A stretch of 64,000 nt of DNA from an uncultured Bacilli bacterium (lineage in GTDB: Bacteria; Bacillota_I; Bacilli_A; RF39; UBA660). Made by a program: the position numbers and the translations under genes. The notes under the pieces are model-generated. The model was not told the DNA's origin, did not search any database, and saw only the letters and a program-made list of their open reading frames with translations. The DNA lies in contig CANRDB010000001.1 of assembly GCA_947629315.1 (NCBI GenBank), positions 4,829 to 68,828 of the forward strand, given 5' to 3'. How positions within the stretch are numbered: the first letter of the stretch is position 1; every line of letters begins with the position of its first letter. Below, piece after piece: positions 50,040 through 61,041 of this stretch.

Positions 50040-50513
50040 TTATTTTTCCAAAAGGATATGGTTCAGTAAATGTTTTACTTCTTCTAAAATCATTTGCTTT
50101 CCCTCTCGTCTCGTTTGATTGGTAATGGTCAATTGTTGCTCATAATAAATTTGATGTTCTCGGTCATAAAGACTAATATACACCTTATAAGATTCATCCT
50201 CCTCATGACTCGGTTTCGAACCGTTCAATTGTCCTGTAATACCAATTCCATAGTCTGCATCGGCATACTGACTAATCTGTAAACTCATTTCTCTAGCCAC
50301 TTCCATACTGTACACAGTATAGGTAGATATCGTTTCTGGTAAAACACCCATCTTTATTTTGTACTCATTGGAATAGGTAACCGCACTAAAACGAAGAACA
50401 TTACTAGCGCCCTCAATATTAGTAATCTCATTAGTAATGAATCCACCCGTACAAGACTCCATCGCAGCGATGGTTTTATTTTGTTTTCTTAATTCATCTA
50501 CTATTTCTTTCAT
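50040..50513 (-). CDS. CinA C-terminal domain protein / nicotinamide-nucleotide amidohydrolase PncC-like
   Basis: MKEIVDELRKQNKTIAAMESCTGGFITNEITNIEGAS... is the typical CinA-C start. Confidence 0.8.
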   Translation of the reverse strand: MKEIVDELRKQNKTIAAMESCTGGFITNEITNIEGASNVLRFSAVTYSNEYKIKMGVLPETISTYTVYSMEVAREMSLQISQYADADYGIGITGQLNGSKPSHEEDESYKVYISLYDREHQIYYEQQLTITNQTRREGKQMILEEVKHLLNHILLEK

Positions 50514-50543
50514 GTCTTCCTCCTCAAGTTATGATAAACAATT

Positions 50544-51623
50544 TTAAGAATCTAATTTCTTTTGAATTTTCTCAAAAATTTCTTGCTTTCCATTTTGAAT
50601 GGTATGAATGGAAATCCCTCTATGTAAGGTATCAATAATTTTAGCGATAAATTTAGAACAATCTACCTCATAAAACCAATCTAACTTTTTAATCGTATCC
50701 GGAACATACGATAAATTCGTAGAATATAATTTTTCGAATAGATGATTTTGATAAGCCTCTTGAAATATCTCAATTCCCTCAGTAAAGAGCGCAAAAGTAG
50801 AAATTAAATAAACCTTATGAGCTCCTCTTTTCTTCAGTTCCTCTGCTACTTCTATCATAGAACTACCAGAAGCAATCATATCATCTACTACTAAAATAGT
50901 TTTATCTTGCACATCGGCTCCCATATAGATGTGATCAATAATTGGATTTTTTCCATTGACCACTTTACTTAAATCCCGGCGCTTATAGAATACTCCTACA
51001 TCACATCCTAGTAATTCTGCATAATACCGAGAACGTTCCATAGCTCCCATATCTGGACTAACTACTAATAAATTTTCTAAATCTTCTTGCTCAATTAAGG
51101 TCTCCAGAATGGTATGCGTAGGATAAAAATTCTCAAAGGGTAAATTCGGGATAGCATTGGCAACATTCGGATCATGAGCATCAAAAGTCACAATACTATC
51201 GACTCCTAACGTCTCTAATTCTTGAAGTGCCACCGCACAATCTAGTGACTCTCTTCCCTTTCGTTTATGTTGTCTAGATTGGTATAATAATGGCATAATC
51301 AAGGTAATATGTTCACTACGACCACTCGTAGCTGAAATGACTCGTTTCACATCTTGAAAATGTTCATCTGGTGACATACAATGTTGTTCTCCGTGCAAAG
51401 GATAAGAAATGTGATAATTCCCAACATCACATAAAATAAATAAATCTTGATGACGAACTGTTTCTTCAATGCGAACTTTTCCTTCGCCATTTGAAAAACG
51501 AATATCTGATATTTGCGTTAAATAAGATTCTTTCTGTTTCGTCATTCGTCGCAATTCTTGATCAACTTTCGCGCCTACTTCCTTAAAGTTATCTAATACA
51601 ATTAGTTTTACCGTTTTCCCCAT
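50544..51623 (-). CDS. prs: Ribose-phosphate pyrophosphokinase (divergent)
   Basis: PRPP synthetase-like architecture with the PRPP-binding loop ILVVDDMIASGSSM. Confidence 0.65.
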   Translation of the reverse strand: MGKTVKLIVLDNFKEVGAKVDQELRRMTKQKESYLTQISDIRFSNGEGKVRIEETVRHQDLFILCDVGNYHISYPLHGEQHCMSPDEHFQDVKRVISATSGRSEHITLIMPLLYQSRQHKRKGRESLDCAVALQELETLGVDSIVTFDAHDPNVANAIPNLPFENFYPTHTILETLIEQEDLENLLVVSPDMGAMERSRYYAELLGCDVGVFYKRRDLSKVVNGKNPIIDHIYMGADVQDKTILVVDDMIASGSSMIEVAEELKKRGAHKVYLISTFALFTEGIEIFQEAYQNHLFEKLYSTNLSYVPDTIKKLDWFYEVDCSKFIAKIIDTLHRGISIHTIQNGKQEIFEKIQKKLDS

Positions 51624-51713
51624 AAATTCCTCCTACAAAAACCGAACTATCTTCTTATGAGCATTATATTAAAAAGAGGAAAAGAAGTCAATGCCATAAA
51701 AAAAGAAATATAC

Positions 51714-52805
51714 CTACTTATATTTCTTTTGATAACCTGCTTCTGGAAGAACAATCGCTTGATCATATCCCTGTTTCTTTAATTTAGAAGAAAGGTAAGC
51801 TTTCTCTAATGTATACTTTGTATTATCCTCAAATGTTCCAGCTTCTTCTGAAAAAATAGAAGCTAAGACATAGTAATGATAACGAACCGCTTGTGCATCA
51901 TTTTGCATGCCTTGTAAAACATAAGTGGAAAGTGTAGAAAAGCAAAATAGAATATCCTCTTTTGGGATTTCGGTTTTATGCTCCACTATATCTCCAAAGA
52001 TAGTAAGTGTTCTTTCCGCATCTTCTTTCTTGCCATAAACTTTTTCCAAAGCCTCATACAACAGTTCCGGGTCATCGGTCGTATATGCCTTTAATACTGT
52101 ATCAGAACCCACTAAATCACATAATAGTTTCACCATCGTTACTTGATAAGGATAAACCTCCGTTAAGACAAATGGCTGATCGGAAGTATATTCTAGAACA
52201 ATCAACTGATCCATTCCCTCCAAAAACCAATCTGGAATTTTCTCATTATCTTGAATACTGTGCCCATCTTCATGTAACATCGTATCTTCATCATAACGAA
52301 TTTGAAAATAAACAATATCATGGTACTCTGGTAGATAAACAGCCAAAGTATTCTCTCCTACTGGTAAATTTCCTCGGAGCGCAAAACGAGTATTGACATT
52401 CAATAGTCGCTCATACACCTTTTCTTTATCCAAATAGGGATTATCTTGAAAATAATCCGCAAACCGATAAAAAGTATCTTTTTCCCGATTCGTTAAATAA
52501 GGATTTTCTCGAATCGCATTTAACAATAAATAATCATCCTCATTTTGTTCAATAGTAATATTTAATTCTTGTTCTAACTCTTTTAAAATATCCTCTTCGG
52601 CTTCTTCCTCTATAATTATTTCATTTCCACAAAATACATTTTCTGTTAACCAAGGTCTTTCCTGTGGATGATAATAAAAGGCATGCGAAAAAGTAGCCAC
52701 CGCTCCTACTATCATCGTATTCACACAGACGAGTGTTAATAATTTGTTGGCTAAATCCTTTTTATCGATATAAAATTTTAAATGACGAATAGAACCCTTT
52801 TTCAT
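51714..52805 (-). CDS. Hypothetical membrane-anchored protein
   Basis: Likely start MKKGSIRHLKF, followed by one TM (LLTLVCVNTMIVGAVATF). The longest ORF extends to 52862. Confidence 0.4.
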   Translation of the reverse strand: MKKGSIRHLKFYIDKKDLANKLLTLVCVNTMIVGAVATFSHAFYYHPQERPWLTENVFCGNEIIIEEEAEEDILKELEQELNITIEQNEDDYLLLNAIRENPYLTNREKDTFYRFADYFQDNPYLDKEKVYERLLNVNTRFALRGNLPVGENTLAVYLPEYHDIVYFQIRYDEDTMLHEDGHSIQDNEKIPDWFLEGMDQLIVLEYTSDQPFVLTEVYPYQVTMVKLLCDLVGSDTVLKAYTTDDPELLYEALEKVYGKKEDAERTLTIFGDIVEHKTEIPKEDILFCFSTLSTYVLQGMQNDAQAVRYHYYVLASIFSEEAGTFEDNTKYTLEKAYLSSKLKKQGYDQAIVLPEAGYQKKYK

Positions 52806-52870
52806 AAAATCACTAGGGCGTATTATACCAAGTTCTTCTCTTTCTGTCAAACAAAAAGACACCGTAGTGT

Positions 52871-55408
52871 CTATTCTGTTCTCAAAGCCTCTACTGGATC
52901 TTTTCGAGATGCCATACGTGCTGGGAATAATCCGGCAATAAGCGTTAATACAATACTAATGATAACGAGGATAATCGCACCAACAACAGGAAGTTGAGAG
53001 ATATTAGAAATATCCGTCACATTCTTAATAATCATGTTAATTGGAATATTCAAAAGAACGGTTGTCGCTATACCAAAGATACCAGCAGTAAATCCCTCAA
53101 TAATTGTCTCTGCTCTAAAGACACGAGAAATATCTTTTTTACTAGCTCCAATTGCTCTTAAAATACCGATTTCTTTGGTTCTCTCTAATACAGAAATATA
53201 CGTAATAATACCAATCATTATACTAGATACCACGAGGGAAATAGATACAAAAGCAATTAAAACATAACTGATAATGTCAATAATAGTAGTAACACCAGAC
53301 ATCATTACCCCTACGATATCCGTATAATTAATGACATCCTCTTCTCCTACACTATCATTATAGTCTTCAATTAATGACATCAATTCTTCTTTTGCATCAA
53401 AATCCTTTGGATATAGCAAAATAGAACTTGGGCTATCTAAATCAACAATTCCTAAAGCTTTCAAATTATCTTCATAAGTAGCTCCATAAGTCTCCATATA
53501 ATTCGCAATGACTTGCGCTAACTCCTCTTGAGATAGGGATGCTAAATAGGCTTGTTGCTCAGGTGTTAAAGCTGTCATATCAAAATTTTTATTGTCTGTA
53601 TTAAACTCTAATCCGGTAAACACATTAATGTCTGGATTGTCTAGTTGTTCTTTCACTATCTCTTTCTTTTTGATTTCTTTTACCACATACTCCGTAAGTT
53701 CTTTCGTATAGCCAATCTCTCCATGACTAGCAGTCAAAATAGCTTCTTCATTTGGTCGGATAATACCGACAATTGTTAAATCCTCTGATTCCTCTAATAC
53801 TTTTTTCATGTATTCATAGTCATCTTTTTTATTAACCCAAATACCAGATTGTTTTTCGTAATAATCAGGATTCAAAACCAATTTAAAAGTTAATCCAACA
53901 AGTTCATCAAACTCATAAGAAGTTGGTTCAAATTCAAATTTCTCACCAGCTGCTACCTTTTTAAAGAGATCTTCTACCTCTTTTTGATCTTTTAATCCTA
54001 ATGTATAAAGAGTATAGTCACTAATGTTATTCTCTTCATCCACCATCAATACCACTTCGTTATATTTCTCTGGCCATCTTCCATAAACTACATCGTATTG
54101 ACCTTTTAATAATTCCCCATTATCCATGAGTTCACGCCAAACATTATATTGATCCATAGAATAAGACATAGCCGTACTTCCAAAACCAATCTTATCCATA
54201 ATAGGACTCGGATTAACTTGAATAATCTCTTCTGATGTATCAGGATTAAAAAGTTGTAAATCTAGATTGTAAGAATACTGAATCGCATTCGTATAAGAAT
54301 CAAAAGTATCTTGATGGTCTTCTATATGTTTCTTAAATTTCTCTAAGTTATTCTGTGTAATTTGTGAAGTAAAAGAACTAACGACATTTCCTAAAATATC
54401 ATGAGAATAAATCTTATCTAAATCATGTTCTTCCACCCTAGCACCGCTAGACATTAAATCCATCATCGATGTCATATCTACGGTTGCTTCATCCAATTGG
54501 ATAGGATAAGAAGATAACGTATCTTCCTCTACTCTACTAATATATTGTCTTACTCCACTCGATAAAGAAAGTATGAGGGCAATTCCTATGATACCGATAG
54601 AACCAGCAAACGCTGTTAAAATGGTTCTCCCCTTTTTCGTCATCAAGTTATTAAGACTAAGAGTGAGCGCTGTTAAGAAAGACATATAAGTTTTCTTACT
54701 AGTCTTACTTTTTTTCTTTTCCTTTTCCCCTTCATAAGGATTAGAATCATCCACAATACTTCCATCTAATAATTTCACAATACGGGTAGAATAACGATCC
54801 GCTAAATCAGGATTATGGGTAACCATTACGACTAATTTGTCTTTAGCAATTTCTTTCAACAATTCCATAATCTGAATACTAGTTTCAGAATCCAATGCTC
54901 CTGTTGGTTCATCGGCAAGAAGAATATCTGGATCATTAACTAAAGCTCGCGCAATAGCCACTCTCTGCATCTGCCCACCAGACATTTGATTTGGTTTTTT
55001 ATTAACTTGATCTTCCAAGCCAACCTTTTTCAAAACCGCTAAAGCTCTTTTCCGACGTTCTTGTTTTGGTACACCAGAAAGTGTAAGCGCTAATTCTACA
55101 TTAGATAGTACTGTTTGATGAGGGATTAAGTTATAGTTTTGGAACACAAATCCAACAGAGTGATTTCGATAGGTATCCCAATCTCTGTCTTTAAACTCTT
55201 TGGTAGACTTACCATTAATAATTAAATCTCCACTCGTATAACGGTCCAATCCACCCACTATATTTAGGAGGGTTGTTTTTCCACAACCAGATTGCCCTAA
55301 AATCGATACAAACTCACTTTCCCGAAAGGAAATATCGATTCCTTTTAATGCTTCTACCTTCGTATCACCTGTGACATACGTCTTTGTTATATTTTTCAAT
55401 TTTAACAT
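52871..55408 (-). CDS. Fused ABC transporter ATP-binding/permease protein (MacB/FtsX-like)
   Basis: N-terminal ABC ATPase (GQSGCGKTTLLN, LSGGQMQRVAIARAL, LLADEPTGALD) plus a large extracytoplasmic domain and an FtsX-like 4-TM permease. Confidence 0.85.
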   Translation of the reverse strand: MLKLKNITKTYVTGDTKVEALKGIDISFRESEFVSILGQSGCGKTTLLNIVGGLDRYTSGDLIINGKSTKEFKDRDWDTYRNHSVGFVFQNYNLIPHQTVLSNVELALTLSGVPKQERRKRALAVLKKVGLEDQVNKKPNQMSGGQMQRVAIARALVNDPDILLADEPTGALDSETSIQIMELLKEIAKDKLVVMVTHNPDLADRYSTRIVKLLDGSIVDDSNPYEGEKEKKKSKTSKKTYMSFLTALTLSLNNLMTKKGRTILTAFAGSIGIIGIALILSLSSGVRQYISRVEEDTLSSYPIQLDEATVDMTSMMDLMSSGARVEEHDLDKIYSHDILGNVVSSFTSQITQNNLEKFKKHIEDHQDTFDSYTNAIQYSYNLDLQLFNPDTSEEIIQVNPSPIMDKIGFGSTAMSYSMDQYNVWRELMDNGELLKGQYDVVYGRWPEKYNEVVLMVDEENNISDYTLYTLGLKDQKEVEDLFKKVAAGEKFEFEPTSYEFDELVGLTFKLVLNPDYYEKQSGIWVNKKDDYEYMKKVLEESEDLTIVGIIRPNEEAILTASHGEIGYTKELTEYVVKEIKKKEIVKEQLDNPDINVFTGLEFNTDNKNFDMTALTPEQQAYLASLSQEELAQVIANYMETYGATYEDNLKALGIVDLDSPSSILLYPKDFDAKEELMSLIEDYNDSVGEEDVINYTDIVGVMMSGVTTIIDIISYVLIAFVSISLVVSSIMIGIITYISVLERTKEIGILRAIGASKKDISRVFRAETIIEGFTAGIFGIATTVLLNIPINMIIKNVTDISNISQLPVVGAIILVIISIVLTLIAGLFPARMASRKDPVEALRTE

Positions 55409-55424
55409 AGATTTCGCATCCTTT

Positions 55425-55868
55425 CTAAATATATTTTCGTAACAAGCACTGCCATGCCTGTCTTAAGATTCTTTGTTCTTCCTCCGTAAAATTACTTTGA
55501 AAGCACTTTTCTTTTCTTTGTAACAAATTCTCTACTTGCATTGCTTTTGAGATACCTAAATCTGTTAAGTAGACCTTGTAATTTCTCTTCGTGCTACTCT
55601 CCCTATCACGATAAATATAGCCTTTTTTTTCCAGTTTATTCATCACTTTTGTCGTCATTGATTTATCGGTCATGGATAAATTGGTAACTTCCGTCATGGA
55701 AAGTCCCTTTGGATGACAATGAAGCAATACTAGACCAATCATCTCACTTGCATCTACTTGATAAGTTTTTAAATCTCTCATAATTTGTTGATTCATGATT
55801 TTAAATAAATAACGTGCATGAATTAAAAATTTTTCGCTTTCTAACAAGTCTTCCTCATTCATAATCAT
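55425..55868 (-). CDS. MarR-family transcriptional regulator
   Basis: Winged-helix domain (LSMTEVTNLSMTDKSMTTKVMNKLEKKGYIYR). The longest ORF extends to 55913. Confidence 0.7.
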   Translation of the reverse strand: MIMNEEDLLESEKFLIHARYLFKIMNQQIMRDLKTYQVDASEMIGLVLLHCHPKGLSMTEVTNLSMTDKSMTTKVMNKLEKKGYIYRDRESSTKRNYKVYLTDLGISKAMQVENLLQRKEKCFQSNFTEEEQRILRQAWQCLLRKYI

Positions 55869-55944
55869 TACCCAACCTTGCATCAGTATAGCATGTTTAA
55901 GTTTAACTGTCAACTTAAATTTTATTAAAAATCATTAAAAAAAC

Positions 55945-56946
55945 TCATGAAAGAGTCTTTTCTAATTGATTTAAAAATTGTACCCCATTTGTCGTCCACT
56001 GACCATCCCGATAATAGTGCGCTAAATTGCCATAACGGACGATAGCTTGTAGAGGATAATCCGTCTTTTGATCTAATTCTTCAATAATTTCATGAGCTTT
56101 CTCAATCGGTGTTGCTAACGTCAAAGTAACATCTAAAACAAATCGCTTATCTTCATTAAAATTAGATAAATTGATTTCCGTCGGCAATGGAATTACTAAT
56201 TTTTTAGAAACAATATTCGTTCGGTCTAATTTCAGTAATCCATCTGACTTTTCATAAATGTAAAATTCAAATAATGTCTTTTTATTCGGAATTTTCTCTT
56301 CAAAATAGTCTTGAATATAGGAATACAATACCTCAAAAGACTGAGATTTCAAGTTAGAATTCAACTGATCTCTATCATCAAAGGAAACTAATCGTTTTTG
56401 TCCATACGAATCCGTATACTGAACAACGTATACATAATGGGTTTTCGCTGGCATACATTTTATTTTATCCTTAAAAGCAATATTTTTAGGTAATTGTTGA
56501 TTCAACTCTATATCTAAATCTAAATCTCCCCCATACTGCTCTTCTAATTTATTCACAAACTGTTCCTGTGTCTTCTTCACAAACTCACATTCAGTTGGCT
56601 GGATTACATAAATATCTTTAAAATGGTAATCATCGAAGACACGTTCCAAATATACCTTATCCCCAAAATAAGACCAAAAAGGTGACAATAAAAAGGCAAA
56701 AGATAAGATAAGGGAAAAAACTTTCGCTGTTCCATTATCATTACGAAAAGCTAAAAACATGATAAATAGTCCGAAAATAAACCCAAGCAATCCCAAATAA
56801 GTATTCGTCCCCACTAAAAACTGGGCACTTAAAATCCAGATATCAATAATCGGCCCATAAAATGGGATGAGAAAAATAGCCATAAACACTAATAAAATAA
56901 AGAATATAGCATCTCCCATATCAATTTTTCTTTTTGGTTTTCCCAC
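55945..56946 (-). CDS. Hypothetical membrane protein
   Basis: 3 N-terminal TM helices followed by a soluble domain. Confidence 0.4.
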   Translation of the reverse strand: MGKPKRKIDMGDAIFFILLVFMAIFLIPFYGPIIDIWILSAQFLVGTNTYLGLLGFIFGLFIMFLAFRNDNGTAKVFSLILSFAFLLSPFWSYFGDKVYLERVFDDYHFKDIYVIQPTECEFVKKTQEQFVNKLEEQYGGDLDLDIELNQQLPKNIAFKDKIKCMPAKTHYVYVVQYTDSYGQKRLVSFDDRDQLNSNLKSQSFEVLYSYIQDYFEEKIPNKKTLFEFYIYEKSDGLLKLDRTNIVSKKLVIPLPTEINLSNFNEDKRFVLDVTLTLATPIEKAHEIIEELDQKTDYPLQAIVRYGNLAHYYRDGQWTTNGVQFLNQLEKTLS

Positions 56947-57111
56947 GGTACTCCCTACTCTCTATAAGTTAGTATACCATAAAAATTTTAGAAAATCGAA
57001 TGAAATATCTCTTTTCTCCCCTCATTTGTCATTTTCTTTCATATAAAACACTATCAAGATTTTTGAATAACCATCCATAACCTATGTCATATAGTATATT
57101 AGGAGGATTTT

Positions 57112-58032
57112 ATGATGTACGACTATCAATTTGGAAACAAAGTCTATCAATACGGCCAAGATTTAGGAATGGAATATACAACCTACCAAATTATGGCACC
57201 TGAGCAAGAACAAGAAACACAGCCTGGTTTAGAATATAAAATGGTTCCTAGACCTATTTTCGATAATCCCAATTATCGTGGCAGCGGAAAATTAAAAGAC
57301 AAGGTTGCGATTATTACTGGTGGAGATAGTGGTCTTGGTAGAGCAGCTGCTATCGCCTTTGTCAAAGAAGGCGCAAAAGTAGTAATTCCCTATTACAATG
57401 AACATGTGGATGCGAATGAAACCAAAGATTATATTGAATCCCTAGGAGGAGAATGTCTCTTACTGTCCGGGGATATTTCCGATAACCATTTTTGCACAAA
57501 AATTGTGGAAGAAACCTTACAAAGATTTGGAAAAATAAACATTCTAGTCAACAATGCCGGTGTTCAATATCAACAAGATAGCTTAGAACATATCTGTGAT
57601 GAACAATTCGATAGAACGATGAAAGTAAATGTATATGGAATGTTTTATCTAACAAAAAAAGTTTTACCCCATTTACATTCAGGAGACTCCATCATTAACC
57701 TATCATCCGTCACAGCCTTTTTTGGAGAACCACAATTAATTGACTATGTTACAACGAAAGGTGCTATTATTGGATTTACAAGAGCCCTTGCCCGCAATCT
57801 TGCACTTAAAAATATTCGGGTAAATGCTATTGCCCCTGGATTTTTTTGGACACCTCTTCAACCTGCCTGTTGGGTCAAAGAAAAAATACCATCATTAGGA
57901 GCAGATGCCGCGATGGCAAGAGGAGCAATGCCTTATGAATTAGCCCCTACTTTTGTGTTTCTAGCGAGTGATGATTCTAGTTATATGACTGGTCAAGTCA
58001 TCCATAATAACGGCGGTCAAGTCATGGGATAA
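57112..58032 (+). CDS. SDR-family oxidoreductase (YhdF / general-stress-protein-39-like)
   Basis: AIITGGDSGLGRAAAIAF Rossmann motif, NNAG, and the YxxxK context. Confidence 0.8.
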   Translation: MMYDYQFGNKVYQYGQDLGMEYTTYQIMAPEQEQETQPGLEYKMVPRPIFDNPNYRGSGKLKDKVAIITGGDSGLGRAAAIAFVKEGAKVVIPYYNEHVDANETKDYIESLGGECLLLSGDISDNHFCTKIVEETLQRFGKINILVNNAGVQYQQDSLEHICDEQFDRTMKVNVYGMFYLTKKVLPHLHSGDSIINLSSVTAFFGEPQLIDYVTTKGAIIGFTRALARNLALKNIRVNAIAPGFFWTPLQPACWVKEKIPSLGADAAMARGAMPYELAPTFVFLASDDSSYMTGQVIHNNGGQVMG

Positions 58033-58101
58033 AGCAAAGGAAAAAGACAAGTAAATTTGAATAAACTTGTCTTTTTTGTTACCATCTTCCCTTATCACAA
58101 C

Positions 58102-59178
58102 TTATTTTAATGACAAATCTCTTTTACAATACACATATTTACTAAGCCAATACTCATCATTATGTTCATTATATTCTCCAACTGGAAGTTCACTTGCTAA
58201 ATCATTTGCTAATTCTAATATTTCCTCTTTTAATTCCACATGATTTTTATATTCTACAGGTATTTGTTCATATCCTAAATATGCTCCCATGATATTGCCC
58301 GTTACCGCTCCTGTCGAATCAGAATCACCATCATGATTAATAGAACAGATAATAGCATCTTTGAAACTGTTAGAATATTTTAAACAAGAATAAATAGCGA
58401 TAGCAAAAGTTTCTTCAGCTACCCAACCTTCACCAAGTTCACGAATGGCCTCTATATCATTTTTATGTTCTTCAGATAGTTTTATCGCTTGATTCACTAA
58501 TTCTATGAAATAATGCTTATATTCTTCATCAAAAATATCGAAGTTTTCTTCATATTGTTTCATGGATTTATCTAATGCTTCTTTGATAGTCAAATCTGTC
58601 CTTGATAAATACCATATTAAAGTTGAAAATACATAGGCTGGAATAATTCCAAGAGGATGTCCGTGAGTAATGGCACTTGCTTCAGCCCCAAATTGTCCTG
58701 CTATTTTAGAATCGTTCATAAATAGACCAATAGGAGCAACTCTCATAATCCCACCGCATCCTTTACTATGATTAATAGGCTGTTCAATCGTTCCTTTCGT
58801 TCCTGAAGATAATGCACTGATACAAGTGTTCCCTGGTGCTCGTGGAATATTTAATTCTTTTAATTCTTTAATCCAGGAAATAGAGGAATGATGATTGGTA
58901 TGATTTTGCGTATCTAACCAATCTAAATAGGAATGATAGATAGCATCAACAGGTAACATTGCGATTCCCCTCATAGCAATTCTTGTTTTTCTAAATAATA
59001 AAGCATTTGCTGTAAATAAAGTCATTTGGGTATCATCTGATATAATACCTATTCCACCTTGAAAGGTAGTTATTTCTTTCTCTTTGACCCCTTGCTTAAA
59101 CTCTATTTGATATCCAAGAGCATCGCCAATTGCCCCACCGATTAATGAACCACAAATTTTATCTCTCCTATTGTCCAT
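58102..59178 (-). CDS. ADP-ribosylglycohydrolase family protein
   Basis: N-terminal SLIGGAIGDALG and a DSDSTGAVTG C-terminal metal-binding motif. Confidence 0.75.
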   Translation of the reverse strand: MDNRRDKICGSLIGGAIGDALGYQIEFKQGVKEKEITTFQGGIGIISDDTQMTLFTANALLFRKTRIAMRGIAMLPVDAIYHSYLDWLDTQNHTNHHSSISWIKELKELNIPRAPGNTCISALSSGTKGTIEQPINHSKGCGGIMRVAPIGLFMNDSKIAGQFGAEASAITHGHPLGIIPAYVFSTLIWYLSRTDLTIKEALDKSMKQYEENFDIFDEEYKHYFIELVNQAIKLSEEHKNDIEAIRELGEGWVAEETFAIAIYSCLKYSNSFKDAIICSINHDGDSDSTGAVTGNIMGAYLGYEQIPVEYKNHVELKEEILELANDLASELPVGEYNEHNDEYWLSKYVYCKRDLSLK

Positions 59179-59423
59179 ATCTTTAACCTTCTTTTCTCAC
59201 TTGAACTAATTATGTTAATTTTATTCCATATATAAAGAAATAGCACTCAATCTAGCATAGATTAAGTGCTTACCACTTAAGGGCAAGTACTCAACTCGGC
59301 AAAGTTAAGTCTTCCCTTTTTATTTTATGCAAAGCATCCTTGACGTATTCATCATAACATAAAAACGACTTTTTGACAAGTCGTTTATATTGTTACTCGA
59401 AAAAATCGAGTTTGGTATCTATC

Positions 59424-59499
59424 TGGTGTCCCCAGTGGGATTCGAACCTACCTTTCACCCTTAGGAGGGGCGCGCACTATCCTAATATGCTATGAGGAC
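59424..59499 (-). tRNA. tRNA-Arg (anticodon CCT), CCA encoded
   Basis: Minus-strand sequence GTCCTCATAGCATATTAGGATAGTGCGCGCCCCTCCTAAGGGTGAAAGGTAGGTTCGAATCCCACTGGGGACACCA. One A-C mismatch in the T-stem. Confidence 0.75.
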
Positions 59500-59514
59500 A
59501 AAACAATCATACGA

Positions 59515-60135
59515 TTATCGTTTTTTTATTTTTTGCCTAGAAGAATGAGATATGCCCAATTGTCGAATAGGAACACCCTCTCCTATTCTCCTTGCAATAT
59601 CATAATAATCATATTCACTCACAAAGGGATATTCGTAGGCTGTTTTAAGATGTTCGTCTAAATCATCCATTTCAGAAATCGTTGTTGGGAAAAAATGTTC
59701 ACTACCTAGTTCCGAAATAAGTGGTCGTTTTAGGACATATCTACGACCATTCGTGAGATTATCAAAAAAGGCTTGATAACAAATATAATAACTTCCTTTA
59801 GAAATGATGGCTCCTGAAACATCACAAATAAATGATTTGGTAGCCACTCTTTCTGCAAACTGAGGATACAAAACCACTTCTTGCTCTGGAAACAAAGATG
59901 TACTAGTATGAAGAAGAACGGATTGAGTGAGAATTTTATCTAGCTCTACCAAAGAACATTGATGATGTTCTAAAAGGATGTGCCGTTGAAGTCGATTCGT
60001 TCCCCAACTTTGCATTTCTTGCTGACGCAAATAGAGAATTTGAGATTGAAGATCATCATCCCCCTCTTGCTCAATTTCCATAAGTGTATACCATTCATAA
60101 TCTTCTACCTTAAGCATCCATACCACCAATACCAT
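59515..60135 (-). CDS. Hypothetical protein
   Basis: 206-aa ORF. Confidence 0.35.
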   Translation of the reverse strand: MVLVVWMLKVEDYEWYTLMEIEQEGDDDLQSQILYLRQQEMQSWGTNRLQRHILLEHHQCSLVELDKILTQSVLLHTSTSLFPEQEVVLYPQFAERVATKSFICDVSGAIISKGSYYICYQAFFDNLTNGRRYVLKRPLISELGSEHFFPTTISEMDDLDEHLKTAYEYPFVSEYDYYDIARRIGEGVPIRQLGISHSSRQKIKKR

Positions 60136-60177
60136 TATAATGTTTTTTTCTTTGGCTTGTCAAGAAAAGAATAGGAA

Positions 60178-60699
60178 TTATCCTATTCTTAAAAAATGCA
60201 ACAACAAGATGATATATAGATTGGCCATCCGGTGAAAACTATGTTCAAACTTATGTCCAAATTCCACCGTACTAATTCCCTTATCTACTAAATTTACAAT
60301 CCAACTTTCTGCATATTTTGGAATTTTAACATCTAGTGGAAACATGTGTGTACGAATAATATCTTCTTCTTTTTCACTAAGTTCAAAATACTTCTTCGCA
60401 TTCTTCACAGCTGCTTGTGGATGTTTCATAGTATATAGTAATACTTTTTCCCGGAATGTTTCCTGATTATAGACACTATCTAAATAGAAATCATGTAGTA
60501 ATCCAGCTCTCGCTACTTGTTCATAATCTAGTCTTAAATATTTTGCTATTCTATAAGAATAGTAAGATACTTTTAATAAATGATTCAAGCGATTACTATC
60601 ATGATGTTTAATCTGACGCATTTCTTTACTAAATTCATTTTTGGATAAGATAGAAGAAACGATTGTATGGTATTCTTCATCTTGAATAATTCTATCCAT
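60178..60699 (-). CDS. HD-domain phosphohydrolase
   Basis: H...HD motif (AGLLHDFYLD). Likely start MDRIIQDEEY. The longest ORF extends to 60735. Confidence 0.6.
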   Translation of the reverse strand: MDRIIQDEEYHTIVSSILSKNEFSKEMRQIKHHDSNRLNHLLKVSYYSYRIAKYLRLDYEQVARAGLLHDFYLDSVYNQETFREKVLLYTMKHPQAAVKNAKKYFELSEKEEDIIRTHMFPLDVKIPKYAESWIVNLVDKGISTVEFGHKFEHSFHRMANLYIILLLHFLRIG

Positions 60700-61041
60700 T
60701 GATATCCTCCCTAAACCTACACCATTATAGCACAATTTTATAAAATAGCAAATTTTCTATCCATGATTCTTACTAAGCATCACATCATATTATATTTTAT
60801 TAAAACTACCACATTTCATGTAATGGAATAGTAATGATGAAATATTATTTTTAAATTTTTCCTACCTAGTATATTAACCTATTCTTATTATAGCATACCT
60901 TTTTCATTTGTAAATTGATTGTGTTCTTTTTTGGCACAAGTTTACAGTTTTTCTCACCCCAATTACTGTCAGGAGAGGATTTTCCTTACAAAAAAAGATG
61001 AGCATTTTTCATAAAGTAAGTCCGTTCATCTTTTTATCTAT